A DNA stretch of 64,000 bases from Eledone cirrhosa (taxonomy: Eukaryota), in contig OZ024742.1 of the NCBI GenBank assembly GCA_964016885.1, positions 142,600,001 through 142,664,000 on the forward strand, read 5' to 3'. The position numbers were made by a program, and so were the translations under genes. The notes under the pieces were generated by a model that was not told the DNA's origin, did not search any database, and was given only the letters and a program-made list of their open reading frames with translations. The first letter of the stretch is position 1; every line of letters starts with the position of its first letter. Below, piece by piece: positions 24,765 through 38,675 of the stretch.

Positions 24765-25856
24765 TAGCTGGCCCGTTCGGCTGGCGCCCGGCTTGGTATA
24801 CCTGCCCCCACCACTCCACTGCAAAGATACCACACACCCTCCCGTGTGACATTGTCCTTCCGACTCTCTCTCTCTCTCTCTCTGAATAACTAACACTTTA
24901 ATTGTATCTCTCTCTGTCTAACGGCCTATCTCTCTCTTTTGCCCTCCCTCTGTTTTTCTGTCTCTCTCTGTAGATGTGTGTGTGTAGTTTTCCTAATCTT
25001 TCTCTAAATCTCTCTCTTTCTCTCTCTCTCTCTATGTGTATATATTGAAGGGAGATACGGAAACTAAAACAGTGTTGTCATATAGAGAGTGAAGAGCGAC
25101 AGAGAGAGTAAAGCAGTTAAATTATAGAGAGGGGGAATGATCTTACATACATACATATAAAGTATAGATATGTGTGTGTGTGTGTGTGTATGTGTATGAG
25201 TTTGTGTATGTGTGTATGTGCATGTGTGTGTCTGTGTGTTTTGTTTTGATGTTATATTATGTGTGTGTGTTACTTATGCGAGCAACGACAGAGGGAGGAG
25301 AAAAGAGAGAAATAGGCTGTTAGACAGAGAGAGATACAATTAAAACGGAAAGTAAAAGAGTATTGTCATATAGAGAGTGAGAGACAGAGAGTAGAGCAGT
25401 TAAATTATAGAGAGGATGAAAGAGGGGGAGAGAGAGAGGGACGACGCTCAACTTTATAATATTTGAGAGTGAAGAGCGACAGAGAGAGTAAAGCAGTTAA
25501 ATTATAGAGAGGGAGAATGATCTATTATAGAGAGAGGGAAGAGCGATGGAGAGACGACGCTCAACTTTATAATATTTGAGAGTGAAGAGTAACAGAGAGA
25601 GTAAAGCAGTTAAATTATAGAGAGGGGGAATGATCTATTATAGAGAGAGGGAAGAGCGACGGAGAGACGACGCTCAACTTTATAATATTTGAGAGTGAAG
25701 AGCAACAGAGAGAGTAAAGCAGTTAAATTATAGAGAGGGGGAATGATCTATTATAGAAAGAGGGAAGAGCGACGGAGAGAGTAAAGCTAACAAACTATAG
25801 GGAGGTGTGTAGGATACATACATACATAATACATACGACACTCAGCTTTATAATAT

Positions 25857-25862
<6 letters not shown>
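24763..25862 (-). mobile_element. Non-autonomous Helitron with internal tandem repeats
   Basis: Minus strand ends in a GC-rich segment then CTAG|T at 24763; 5' end ..TATAATATTATAAAGCTGAG; lies within (TA)n; ~110-120-bp internal repeats at 25390-25790. Confidence 0.65.
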
Positions 25863-25894
<32 letters not shown>

Positions 25895-26421
25895 ATTGTG
25901 TGTGTTTGTATGTGTGTGTACAACTAACCATGTAAATGTACAAATAGAGTCTGGCAGTCTGAATATGGTGAGTGGGAGAAAATTTTAATTAACCAAGACA
26001 ATCTTCACAAAATTAAAGCTGAACTTCAGTTGATGAGAAGGAAGTATTTTAATTATGATAATTAGTATTTTTTCTTTGACACCCAAAACTGCAGTCTTAT
26101 GATTGAATTTACCAATTATGATGTAAGTAGAATTATGTTTGCCTTTAAATGTATTTTTGTTTACTATGCTATATTTTACTGTATTATTATACCTGAATAA
26201 AACATTTTGTAAATGAAGCTCTGAAAATTTGGATTTTAGCTCTTATAATCGTAGAGCTATTTATAATATAAAATGATTGAGATAAGTTATTTTGATCTAT
26301 ATTTGTGATATATATAGATATATATGCACACACAAATATATTTCTCAAAGGCACCTGATGATTTAGGCATTTTCGTCTTGAAACTGCTAGCAGAGCAGAA
26401 TTAAATCAAACTGTTAATATA

Positions 26422-27360
26422 CCGTATATATTCGGATATAACTGACCCCACCCCCTATTTTATATCTGAGAAATGGACAAAAATCCAAACCTCGTTTATA
26501 AACCAAGGCAGCTAATCAACACATTATAGAGCTATTTTGAAATTTGCATGAGTGGAGAAAATATTTACAGAGTTTTAGTATTTAAAATGATTTAAGTGTT
26601 GTTTAAAGTATAGTTTTTTTGTTTCACAAATCCACTATGTAATGATTTTTTTACCATTTTATTAAGTTTCAAGTTTCTTGAATTTTTGTTTACTTTCAGC
26701 TACTCAAATGCTTGGAGAATTTTGCTCTTTTTTAAGCAAATAATAGCACCATTTCCCAAATGTAACAGGTTTTATTTAATATATGCATCAAATGAAATGC
26801 ATACCATGAAAAAATTGGAAACAATTTAACGCCATACAAGTATTAAAGCTTTAGATATATTTTTAAAGCAAGTGAGAGAGAGAGGGAGAGGCAGAGTGAG
26901 TAAATGAGAGAGAGAGGCAGAGTGAGTAAAAGAGAGGGCAGTAGAAGGGAGAGAGAGAGCAAGAAAAATAAAACAAAATAAGTGAAAGAAAAAGTATAAT
27001 TACATAAGTCGCAGAGAAAATCAATTGGTGCACATGTGGTGCACAATTGGTGTACACATGTGCATGTATGTATGCATTTATGTGTAGGGGATATTTATGT
27101 ATTAAAAAGTTCAAATTATAAAACTTTGTGGGAGTGGTCTCAAAGTAATGCATAAATAAAACTGATGATATAGGAAATGTAGAAAAACAGTATTTCATTG
27201 TGAAATAATTACTCCAGATATTTTAACACCTTAGTTACATAGAATTTGAAGTTGGTGAAAATTGTCAAAATATTCACCCTGAATATAAGCCAACCCCACC
27301 CCCATTTTACCATCAATTTTTTTCTTACATATTCCTCAGCTTATATTCCACTATATATGG
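26422..27360. mobile_element. Putative pogo/Tc1-mariner-like non-autonomous element
   Basis: TA|CCGTATATATTCGGATATAA ... TTATATTCCACTATATATGG|TA: imperfect TIRs with TA flanks. Confidence 0.5.
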
Positions 27361-27869
27361 TAAATACTTCCACGTCATGTGTTGATATATATATATCATC
27401 ATCATCATTTTATGTCTATTCTTCATGCTAGCATGGGTTGAATGTGTTGTCATAGTCTGAGACTACACAAGTTGGGAGATATGTCTTGCATATTTATTTG
27501 TAGCATGATTTCTATGGCTGGGTACAATACTCAAACACTAACCACTTTATTAAATGAATCAGGGTGCATTTTAATATGACACTAAACACTAAGAGAGATT
27601 GTAATATCTGCACCATACCTGAAGAGACCTCTGTACCTAATATAGTTTACTTTCAAATGTCGCCTACTTTTATCTGTCATCGGTGGCATTTACTCATTCA
27701 TTACCAAACAGGAAAGTGCCTTTATTGTGGCACCTGCCTCAAAAGGTCCACCTTTTTCCAAGACAGGCATGTCTAATAGTGAAAGAAGATACGGGTTGGT
27801 GGTTAAGATGGACTATGTAAGGGGTGTATTTGTGTGTGTGTATATGTATATATATATATATATACACAC

Positions 27870-28960
27870 CGATGCTCAGGTGCAATAAGTAGTAAGTGCC
27901 CGCAGGATACTAGCTCCATCTATTGCCCAGATGGTTCTATAGAAATAGTAGACACTTTCCGTTTCCTGGGTGACAAAATCAGCAGTGGTGGAGGGTGCTT
28001 TGAAAGTACAGTAGCCAGAGTCAGAATGGGATGGAAAAAGTTTAGAGAGCTTATACCACTATTGGCCACTAAAGGTTTCTCTCTAAAAATGAAAGGCAGA
28101 TTGTATGATGCCTGTATACGAACAGCAATGCTACATGTCAGTGAGACTGGAAAAGAATGAAGCATGCATGCTCCGTTGGATGTGTAATGGTAATATGTGC
28201 GAATGGCAAAACATAAATGAACTAAGTGAGAAATTAGGAATAAGAGGGATCAGACACTGTTTACTCGAGAGAAGACTAGTTGGTATGGTCACGTGATGCG
28301 CATGAAAGACGACAGCTGTATAAAAAAGTGCAGGGCGATCAAAATTGATGGAAGTTATGGAGTAGGTAGACTCAGAAAAACCTGGGATGATTTGATAAAT
28401 TCCGACCTTACACACTTGCACCTCTCTAAGACAATGTCTCTGGACCCGACATCTTTGATGCAATGCAGTAATACAGAAGACCCGCCTTGCCTATGTACAA
28501 AGCAAAACCTACAGTCAGTAGGCACCTCTTAATCAAATATACACCCCAATCCACTACCCCTACTACATCCTCCCACTCCCACCAACACCACCCTTTCTCT
28601 GTAAAGTTATGTTGGTACCACAACAACCAGTCCAAACTAATGAGGTTGAGTAGGTTTCACGACAAAAAAACACACAGTCCACACTGTAAATGTGGTTGGT
28701 GTTAGGAGGGCATCCAGCCGTAGAAAACCTGCCAGATAGTCCTATATGAGTGAGACACGGTCACCCAACCAATCTTGCCTCAAGTGGGACAATTTCCGTC
28801 TAACCCATGCTAGCGTGGAAGATAGATGTTAAGCAATGATGATGATGATGACGATGACGAAGGACCGTGACAAGTGGAGAGATGCTGTGCTGAATAGGAC
28901 CCTTCCCACCCTTGCAAGCAGGGAAAAGCGGACATAAAATGATGATGATGATGATGATGA
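27870..28960 (+). mobile_element. RTE 3' fragment followed directly by a short subfamily-B 3' tip (28861-28960)
   Basis: [26 protein letters not shown]; two successive (GAT)n tails. Confidence 0.88.
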
Positions 28961-29288
28961 TATATATATAAATATATATATACGTATATATATATGAAGG
29001 CATATATAGTATGTTTATGTATAATGAAAACACAAAAGTCTCACCATGATCATGTCACAGCTATCTCAGTGACAGTGTGGGAATATCAGAAGCATGTTTC
29101 TGGATTTTATCCATCATCAATAAAATTTATTCACTCAGTCTTGAGACAGGAATAAGCTAAAGCTTAATGTGTTTTGTTTGTATTTTTTTTTGTTTTGTTT
29201 TTTTTTGCATATGAAACATTGGCTGGCAATACTCATTTGCATATAGTATGAACTATATGCAAATTCCTATCTCAGTACCAAGTGAGAA

Positions 29289-29335
29289 AATGTTACTGAT
29301 GATGGATAAAAATCCAGAAATATGGTTCTGACATT
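29289..29335 (+). ncRNA. Minimal type I hammerhead ribozyme-like motif
   Basis: aatgtta-CTGATGA-tggat-aaaa-atcca-GAAA-tatggt-TC-tgacatt. Stems I and II pair; stem III is weak. Confidence 0.6.
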
Positions 29336-29732
29336 AACAACAGTAACAAAACACAAATCCAAGCAGCAGTCCCAAGACACATTGATACAGACATAGAACA
29401 AAGTCATCATAGTTTAGTAGATGTATATTTAATAAAGATTACAGAGAATATGGGAAGAAAATTATTGTAATGGATGTAAGTTAATGTAAAATTTAATATG
29501 GTGACGCCTGAGTGACAAGAGAGAGAAGGTCAAGAAAAACTCAAGAATTATTAAATATTGTATATTTGTTTACTATGAACCTATTCATTTTTATGAGTAC
29601 TATACTTGAATAAATACATACAAATACATACGAACATACAAATAAATACATACAAATACATACGAACATACAAATAAATACATACAAATACACATACAGA
29701 TATATTATATACACACACATATATATATACAG

Positions 29733-29785
<53 letters not shown>

Positions 29786-29864
29786 AATATGTTGTAGTGA
29801 TTGGACATACACACACATACAGATATATATATATATATACATATTTATATGTATATATATGTGC

Positions 29865-29896
<32 letters not shown>

Positions 29897-29898
<2 letters not shown>

Positions 29899-30228
29899 TC
29901 ATCATCATTTTACGTCCACTTTTTCCCTGCTTGCAAGGGTGGGATGGGAACTGATTCTGGCTTGATTTCTACAGCTGGATGCCCTTCCTAACACCAACCT
30001 CATTTACAGTGAGTGCTGGGTGCTTTATTGCCGTGGCACCTCCACGACCACTTTGCAGTTGAATGATAGGGACCCCAGTCCCTATCATCTCATTTCTACA
30101 GCTGAGTAAACTGGAGCAATGTGAAATAAAGTGCCTTGCTCAAGGAAACAACACATCACCCGGTCTGAGAATTGAACTCACAACCTTTCGATTGCAAGGC
30201 CAATGCTCTAACCACTAAGCCATGTGCA
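29897..30228 (-). mobile_element. tRNA-derived CORE-type SINE, full length
   Basis: Near-identical reverse complement of 39731-40073. Confidence 0.88.
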
Positions 30229-30339
30229 TATATATATTTATATATATATATATCTGTATGTGTATATAATATATCTGTATGGGTATTTGTATGTATTTAT
30301 TTGCATGTTTGTATGTATTTATATATATATATATATATG

Positions 30340-31160
30340 TTGCATGGATTGGACAGGTACCCTTCAGCACAGCCTCTTTCCACTCATTGCATTCCTACAT
30401 CATCACCTCTGTGAGTCTTCCTTGGTCTACCTCTACTACAGCTTCCTACTACTGGGATTTCCTGGCACTTCTTCACCCAGTGATCATCATTCATGCACAT
30501 CACATGTCCGTATCAATACAGTCTTCTCTCATGCACACCACTTCGGATTCCTCTTAAACCCAGTTTCTCCCTCAGTTCATCCATGCTCTACTTTTCATCC
30601 AACAAAGCAGGGTAGCTTCATTTCTCTCCAGCCTATGCATGTCCTCTGTACTCACTGTCTTAGTTTCACTACCATGCAGCATCACACTTCACACACAGGT
30701 ATAACACAGTCATTCTTTTGTATGTAGGGAGAAAGCTTTTGTTGTCAACAGTGGGAGTAGCTCTCTAAACTTCTTCCATCCTATCCTTGTTCTAGTTATT
30801 ATGCTCTCAGAAAACTCTCCTCCACTGCTAATTTGATTACCTGGACAGTAGAAGCTATCAACCACTTCTATGGATTCTTTGCGTGATTGCGAATGGTTTA
30901 TATTACTGACACTCTTTTCCTCGATTACCCCTATGTATCTTTTACATACAATGTCTTCCCTTCCTGTTAGTCTACCTGTTATCCCACTAGTTTATGCCTA
31001 CTCATTTTCTACATATTGAGCAGAACCACCTCAAACCTCACTGAAGAAATCAGGGTCCTACCTTCTTTCCTACTTACTAGCACTTTAGTTTTGGTTAAGC
31101 TTACTCTCAGACCTTTTGATTCCAAATTCTTTTACCATAATCAGAACTTATTCTCTAGTT
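30340..31160 (-). mobile_element. Old decayed RTE LINE fragment
   Basis: Minus strand encodes remnants of [24 protein letters not shown] and MLHGSET. Confidence 0.75.
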
Positions 31161-32149
31161 CTTGTGTGTGTCTGTGTGTGTGTGTGCATGCGCATGCATA
31201 TATATGCACCCCTCAAAGGCATTGACCCAGATTGAATTCTCTGGTGTTATGCAGTACTGCAGAAGACCCACCTTGCCATGTGCACAGGTTAAAGTACACA
31301 TCTCATGATCTCTACTATGCAGTACTTCTTCTCCTATGTGCTAACATTCCAGCTTTCACCCGCGTCCTAATACTCCACTCTTCATTAGCTACGTACTCCC
31401 CCCCCCCCAGCCCATACTGTAAGGTAGTCGTTTTAGTGCCACACAAAAAGTGACCAGTAAAAAGTTGTTGTGTTGGTGACACAACAAAAAGTAGTCAGTG
31501 TACACTGTAAAGTGGTCATTTTAATACCATGATAAAAGACACCCAGTTCACACTGTAAAGTGGTCATTTTGGTGCCATGATGTAAGGCACCCCGTCTACA
31601 CTGTAAATGTGGTTGGTGTTAGGAAGGGCATCAAGCTGTAGAAACTAAGTCAGAAACAGTTCTGTATGATCAAAACCTGGTCATCTGATCTGACTTGTTT
31701 CACAACAGGACAACCCATCAGACACATGTCAAAATAGAAAATGTATGTTAAACAGTGATGATAATGATGATTTAACGTCAGCTTTCCCTGGTAGCAAGGG
31801 TTGGCCGGGGTCTACATAGACCAAGTCAGTACTGGAGCAGGGCTACTGATCTTCCAGACAGGCCAGGGATTTGCATCTCGCTTATATACAATCATATGTT
31901 CTATCGATTGCACAGGAGACGTTATCATGTCAACACAACAAGGGGTCCTTCCAACCCTTTGTTTGGCAAGTTTTCTATAGCTGGATGCCCTTCCTATCAC
32001 TAATCACTTTACAGCATGTACTGGGTGCATTTAACATGTAGATCACCAAACACCAGGTATGCTGTTATCTCCTTGATACAACTGAATGGTTCTCGCAACC
32101 CTTTATATGGCAGCCCTTCCATTTACTTTTTGCATATATGTATATATAA

Positions 32150-32620
32150 GTCGATGGAAGCCTTGGAGTGGGGAGACCCAAGAAGACCTGGGATGAGGTG
32201 ATAAAAACTGACCTTGCTCAATTGCACCTCTCAAAGGCGATGATACAGGACCGAGACCTCTGGCGTTATGCAGTAACACAGAAGACCCGACCTCCCACGG
32301 GTACAAGCCAAATCTGAAGCATATAGACAATATGCCCCCATCCCCTCCCACTGTAAAGTGGTCGTGGAGGTGTCACGACCAAAAGGCACCCAGTCCATAC
32401 TGAAAAGTGGTCGTGTAGGTGCCACGGTAAAAAAGTACGCAGCACTCATTGTAAATAAGGTTGGTGTTAGGAAGGGCATCCAGCTGTAGAAATCGAGCCA
32501 AAATCAATTCCCGTAAGAGCAAGACATGGTCACCTGACCTGGCATTGCCCACAACAGGACAATCCGTCTAACCCATGCTAGCGTGGAAGAATGGACGTAA
32601 AACGGTGATGATGATGATGA
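32150..32620 (+). mobile_element. RTE 3' fragment (subfamily A)
   Basis: Matches 11780-12257. Confidence 0.85.
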
Positions 32621-32679
32621 TACATATGTTTAGGTTTACATGTGCATACAGCTATCTTGTATATATATATATATATAAC

Positions 32680-33652
32680 TAGATGAGATGCAGTTTGGTT
32701 TTGTGCCTGGGAAGAGTACAACAGATGCCCTCTTCTTGGTGAGACAAATGCAAGAGAGGTTCTTAGAGAAGAATAAGCCACTATACTTAGCCTTTGTTGA
32801 CCTAGAGAAGGCCTTTGATCTGTCATCTGGTGGTCCCTAAGGAAGCTAGGTGTTGAGGAATGGCTTGTGAGGACAGTGCAAACTTTGTACAGAGGTACTC
32901 TCAGTAAAGTCAGGGTAGGAATGGAGTTTAGTGAGGAATTCTAGATACAAGTAGGAGTACATCAGGGTTCAGTCCTCAGCCCGCTCTTGTTCATTATAGT
33001 CCTCCAAGCCATAACAGAGGAGTTTAAGACTGGCTGTCCATGGGAACTTCTCTATGCGGACGATCTGGCTCTTATAGCAGAATCAATAGAGGAGCTAGAG
33101 AATAAATTCAGGCTATGGAAACAGCAGTTGGAAGCAAGAGGACTGAGAGTAAATCTAGCTAAGACAAAAGTGTTGATGAGTAGAAAAGAGGACAAAACCC
33201 TGATTCCGTCAGGGAAATGGCCATGTTCAATATGCAGAAAAGGAACTGGCATAAATTCTATAAAATGCACACAATGCAGGTCCTGGGTACACAAGAGATG
33301 TAGCGGGATAGCAGGCAAACTAACAGGTAGGGAGAAATATGTATGCAGTAGATGTACAGGGAAATTAGACAGTAGAAGTCGCACTGATAGACACATTTTT
33401 CAAATGCGAGAGGGCGCTATAGAAGTGGTGGATAGCTTCCGGTACCTAGGAGATCAGATTAGCATGGGAGGAGGGTGTTCCGAGGCGATAGTATCTAGAA
33501 TAAGGACGGGTTGGAAGAAGTTTAGGGAGCTGCTTCCTCTGTTGACGAAGAAGGGTTTCTCCCTGCGTACGAAAGGCCGGTTATATGATGCCTGTGTGAG
33601 GAGCGCGATGCTGCATGGTAGTGAGACATGGGCAGCAACTGCAGAGGATATG
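32680..33652 (+). mobile_element. RTE RT-core fragment (subfamily B), 3' truncated
   Basis: [34 protein letters not shown]-type finger, FRYLGD. Confidence 0.9.
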
Positions 33653-34146
33653 CATTCTCCTCTCCCGTACACTACATCTGATCCTGTTTATGGGCAATTC
33701 CTCTCTCAGTTCATTTATGCTTTGTCCTTCATGTCTATTACTATTAAACATCCATCGAAATGATAGCTTAATTTCATACCAATCTTCTCAGATCCTCTGC
33801 ACACAGCACCCAGGTCTCACTACCATACAATATTGCTGTTCATATACATGCATCATACAATCTACCCTTCATTTGGGGGGGAAAACCTTTTGTAGCAAAT
33901 GGTAGTAGTAGCTACCTGAACTTCTTCCCGTTCCTACTCTGGCTACTGAACCTTCAGAATACCCATTTCCACTGCTAATTTAGTTGTCCAGGTGACAGAA
34001 ACTTTCAACTACTTCTACCGAGCCCTCTAGCCATTTAAAGGAGCTAGTATCCTGTGGGCTCTTGCTACATACTGCACCTGTGCGACAACCACATATAAAA
34101 CCTGCATTCTTTGCTGACCTACCTGAAATTCCACTACATCTCTTGT
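33653..34146 (-). mobile_element. Older RTE fragment in opposite orientation, fused to the previous one
   Basis: Minus strand: [28 protein letters not shown]. Confidence 0.75.
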
Positions 34147-34232
34147 GATATACATACATGTGTGTAATGGTTGTGTGTGTGTTAGAATTCCTGTATGTGA
34201 GACTAAGTAGTTTACATGATAGAGATCAATAG

Positions 34233-34388
34233 TTTATTAAGGCTTATCCAGTGGCATGTTATTGTGGAGTTTTGTCTGCATGCTACAGGTTCCTTGGATA
34301 GTTAAAGACTGACTTTAACTATGTGAGAAACCTGTAGCATGTAGTGGAAACTCCACAGTAACAAGCCACTGGATAAGCCTTAGTAAAG
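34233..34388. repeat. Long imperfect palindrome (MITE-like hairpin)
   Basis: TAAGGCTTATCCAGTGGC..GCTACAGGTT..ATAGTTAAAG / CTTTAACTAT..AACCTGTAGC..GCCACTGGATAAGCCTTA. Confidence 0.8.
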
Positions 34389-34689
34389 TATGTGTGTGAT
34401 TGCATGTAAACAAGAGGGTTTGTGAATAATAATACAATGAAATCTGGCAATCAAATAATTACTTCTAACCTCCAGCAATTTTGGAGAAGGAGGAAACTTA
34501 TTATATAAGGCCCAGTAATTAACTGTCAGCTTATTTCAACACCCCCTGGAAGAATGGAAAGTAGAGTGGACCATGCCAATATTTGAACTCAGAATACAAA
34601 AAGTTGTAACAAAGCATTTTGTCCAACACTCTATTGATACTGCCAATCCACTGCCCTTGACAATCAAATAATAATATAAATAGTCTTAC

Positions 34690-34719
34690 CTTAAAAGGAG
34701 AAGAGTGTAATTTAGGTTC
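34690..34719 (-). CDS. Candidate 30-nt micro-exon of an unidentified host gene (EPKLHSSPFK)
   Basis: Minus strand: tttcacttttttctacAG|GAACCT...TTTAAG|GTAAGA; phase 0/0, no stop. Confidence 0.45.
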
Positions 34720-35574
34720 CTGTAGAAAAAAGTGAAATATCAGATATTAATTCATAATATGGGAGGGATAAAGAACAAAATAGCTGAAAACATTAACACC
34801 TTTCTTGCTATATTTCTAATACACTGCCTGTGGCTTTCTATTAATTTTGAAAATAATCAAGAATTTGTTGGTATTTAATATGACTAACCTTTTCATTATT
34901 AAACTGGTATTTGAAACTGACACAACAAATGGTTTAAGGCCATCAACCCTATTTAAACAGAGTTTCATGACAAGCTTAATTCTTATCATGAGGTCAAGGC
35001 AAAGTTTTCCAACTAGATGCCCATCCTGGCTCCAACTGTTTTTGTCACCTCTTATAATATGCTGGGATATGCTGTACCTATTCTAAATTGAACACACACA
35101 CAACAAAACATTTCCTTATGTAAAATTATGACAAAAGGTTTAGACTTGAATAAAAACGTTTTAAAACAAACAGCTTTATATCATCAAACTAAGTGTGGTT
35201 TCAAACAGTTTGGTATCATACTATATTTGTAATGAAAAAACTGCCTATGATTTTTAATTCATTTTGAAAATAATCAAGAATTTGATGGGATTTAGTAATA
35301 TAAGAAAATTTATTATTAAGTTGGTGCTTCAAAGGTTCCTACATAAAGTTATAATTGTTTCTACTTTCGATACAAGGCCAGCAATTACCCAGTGTATTAC
35401 TGGTACTTTATTTTATCGACCCCATAAGGATGAAAGGCAAAGTTAACCTCGGTGAAACATAAAGTTATAATGGAAGGTTTTTAGATAAATATAAACACTT
35501 TAAATCAAACATCTTTATATTGTAGAACAGGAGCCAGTTTCAGGTAAAATGGTAATAGACTTTCAACAACTTAC

Positions 35575-35658
35575 CTTTTCCTTGTATGGTGACATACTTT
35601 TCAAAGTGTCCATCACTCTAGTCACTACACTGTCTTGTTCAGGGAATATGTAAGACAT
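35575..35658 (-). CDS. Candidate coding exon of an unidentified host gene (MSYIFPEQDSVVTRVMDTLKSMSPYKEK); 5' boundary uncertain
   Basis: Non-repetitive open frame ending AAG|GTAAGT in phase 0. The frame stays open upstream to ~35796. Confidence 0.4.
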
Positions 35659-36386
35659 TCTTTTATCATTAAACTTTGTACACAATGTAAATAAGTTACT
35701 AGAAATTTCTGTGGGCCTATTTGTTATTTTTGTTTTGTTTGTGTGTGTATTTAGGGAGTTAATGACCTCTTCTATTTTTTTAGTATTTTTCTTTTTTCAT
35801 TAGAAACTTCTGAAAGTCTGTTTTTTTATGTGTATGTGTATTTAAGGAGTTATTTTTTTATTTCATTACTTTTTGTGTGGGTATTCCTTTTATAATAAAG
35901 AATTTGTTTTGAAATTTCCCTTCAAATTTCTATGTTGATAGTTTGAATTACTGTTGTGTATGTAAAACATTACATTCACAGAATTGTAGTTATATATAAC
36001 TTACTGACTACTTAACAGACCTGTTGTTAGGGTGTATATAAATGTATGTACATATACATATATATATATATATGTATGTATAATTTTATGTGTTGTGGTG
36101 AGAGGTTGTACACAAAGTTTTATACATCTTTGCATTGCATTTTTTATACATCAGATGCATTCCTCTAGTTGTTCACAGACATACATTACAGTCTACTTAT
36201 ACATACATTCACACGCATGCATGCACACACCAGTATACATACATTGAAATACATGCATGTGTCTATTTACACATATGCATTTAAATAGAACAGATTTAAA
36301 CCACTTCCTTTATGATTCTCTATATCTATCAACTGTTTTCTCAGTCAACATATATAAAGTGTTTAAATACTATACACATATATATG

Positions 36387-36418
<32 letters not shown>

Positions 36419-36500
36419 CGTGGATATATGAATATATATGTTTGTGCGTGTGTGTCTATATATATATATATGTATGTGTCTTTGTGTATGTGTGTATGTA

Positions 36501-36552
<52 letters not shown>

Positions 36553-36585
36553 GTGTGTGTATGTATATATATATGTGTGTGTGTG

Positions 36586-36631
<46 letters not shown>

Positions 36632-36884
36632 GTGTGTGTATGTATATATATATGTGTGTGTGTGTGTGTCACTGTTTTAAAAGCCTGGCCGTGTCAATGA
36701 TAGTTGTTTAAAGAAGTACTTCTATGTAGTATGGTGTAGTGTGAAGTGGAGTGGTGTGGTGAGGGGTGGTTTGGTGGTAGTGTGTCAACAATGTTGCACT
36801 CACATTGATTACATCTATTGAATAATAGTGTTTGTTTTCACAGTTCACAGCTAATTAATGTAATGAAGATGTGTAACAATTTTA

Positions 36885-36890
36885 TTGCTG

Positions 36891-36924
<34 letters not shown>

Positions 36925-38345
36925 AACTACTACTACTAAGACAACAGTGATGACTACAACTGCTGCTGCTGCTGCCACCACCACCACCACTACTACTACC
37001 TACAACACAACACCTTTACAACTATTAGCATCATCACCACCACCACAATTGCCACTGCTACAATTACAACTAACACCACAACTTCTACCACTATTACTAT
37101 TACTGCCACTACTGCTACTGTTACTACTACCACCACTACCCCTAACAGCACCACTCACTACAACTAAAATTATTATTCATAATTTAATTATAATTATCAT
37201 TACTGTGCCTAACATCATTATCATCATCAATGTTAGCACCGGTGTCAGAATCCACCACGTTCTGTCCTGCCTTATAAATTGATTATTTCATTGATCTGTT
37301 TGTGGCATCCTTTCTACCTTCTCCTCGCAGTCCCGACTCTTCCACTTCCCAGCACCACAATTACCACCACCACCACCACCACTACCACCACCACCACCAC
37401 CACCACAACCAACACAACCACAAGCACCACAACCACCGCCGCCACAACCACAACCACCACAACCACCGCCGCCACAACCACAACCACCACAACCACCGCC
37501 ACCACAAACACAACCACCACCACCACCACAACCACAACCACCACAACCACCGCCAAAACCACAACCACCGCCACCACAAACACAACCACCACAACCACCG
37601 CCACAACCACCACCGCCACAACCACAACCACCGCCACCACCACAACCACCGCCACCACAAACACAACCACCACAACCACCGCCACAACCACAACCACCGC
37701 CGCCACAAACACAACCACCACAACCACCGCCACAACCACCACCGCCACAACCACAACCACCGCCACCACCACAACCACCGCCACCACAAACACAACCACC
37801 ACAACCACTGCCACAACCACAACCACCGCCACCACAAACACAACCACCACCGCCACAACCACAACCACCGCCACAACCACCGCCACCACAAACACAACCA
37901 CCACCACCACAACCACCACCACCACCACCACAACCACAACCACCACAACCACCGCCACCACAAACACCACCACCACCGCCACCACTGCCACCACCACCAC
38001 CACAAACACCACCACCACCACCATAATGCTCCACTCAACCCACTTTCTCAATTTAACACCAGCATCTGTGTCATGTTTCATCACCTCATCATCATCATCA
38101 TCATCATCACCACCACCATCATCATCACCATCATCATCACCATCACCATCCCAACATTCTCAGCAACCACAACCACCACCACCAGTATTATCCTCATCAT
38201 CAAAACCACCACCACCATCATCATCCCCACCAACACTACCACTACTACTATCACCCCCACAACCCCCTCATCATCACCACCACCACTTCTACCACCATCA
38301 CCAACACCACCTCTACTATCATCACCATCACCAACATCACTTATC
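36885..38345. repeat. Compound trinucleotide low-complexity tract (ACT/ACC/ACA/GCC/CAT)
   Basis: Direct inspection; the core at 37360-38025 has higher-order periodic units. Confidence 0.95.
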
Positions 38346-38484
38346 ACAGAGAGCCTCATTCCCCATCAGAGCTCTGTGATTATCTCATTAATCACAGGTA
38401 TTACACCCCAAGTGTTATTATCTGATTAATAACCTCATTAACAATTTATGACACATCAAACTATCTACTGATACACACATATAC

Positions 38485-38515
<31 letters not shown>

Positions 38516-38641
38516 CACGCACATGTATACACACACATATATATATATATTATATTATTGATGATGATATATATATATATACATACATACACACACACAT
38601 AAATACATATATATTATTTATATATATAATCTCTCTCTCTC

Positions 38642-38675
<34 letters not shown>

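Noticed and set aside
37279-38429. Mucin-like Thr-rich, His-rich, Gly/Cys-rich and Trp-rich ORFs
   Set aside because: All six frames are open because of a trinucleotide repeat. There is no convincing start or splice context, although a low-complexity exon cannot be fully excluded.
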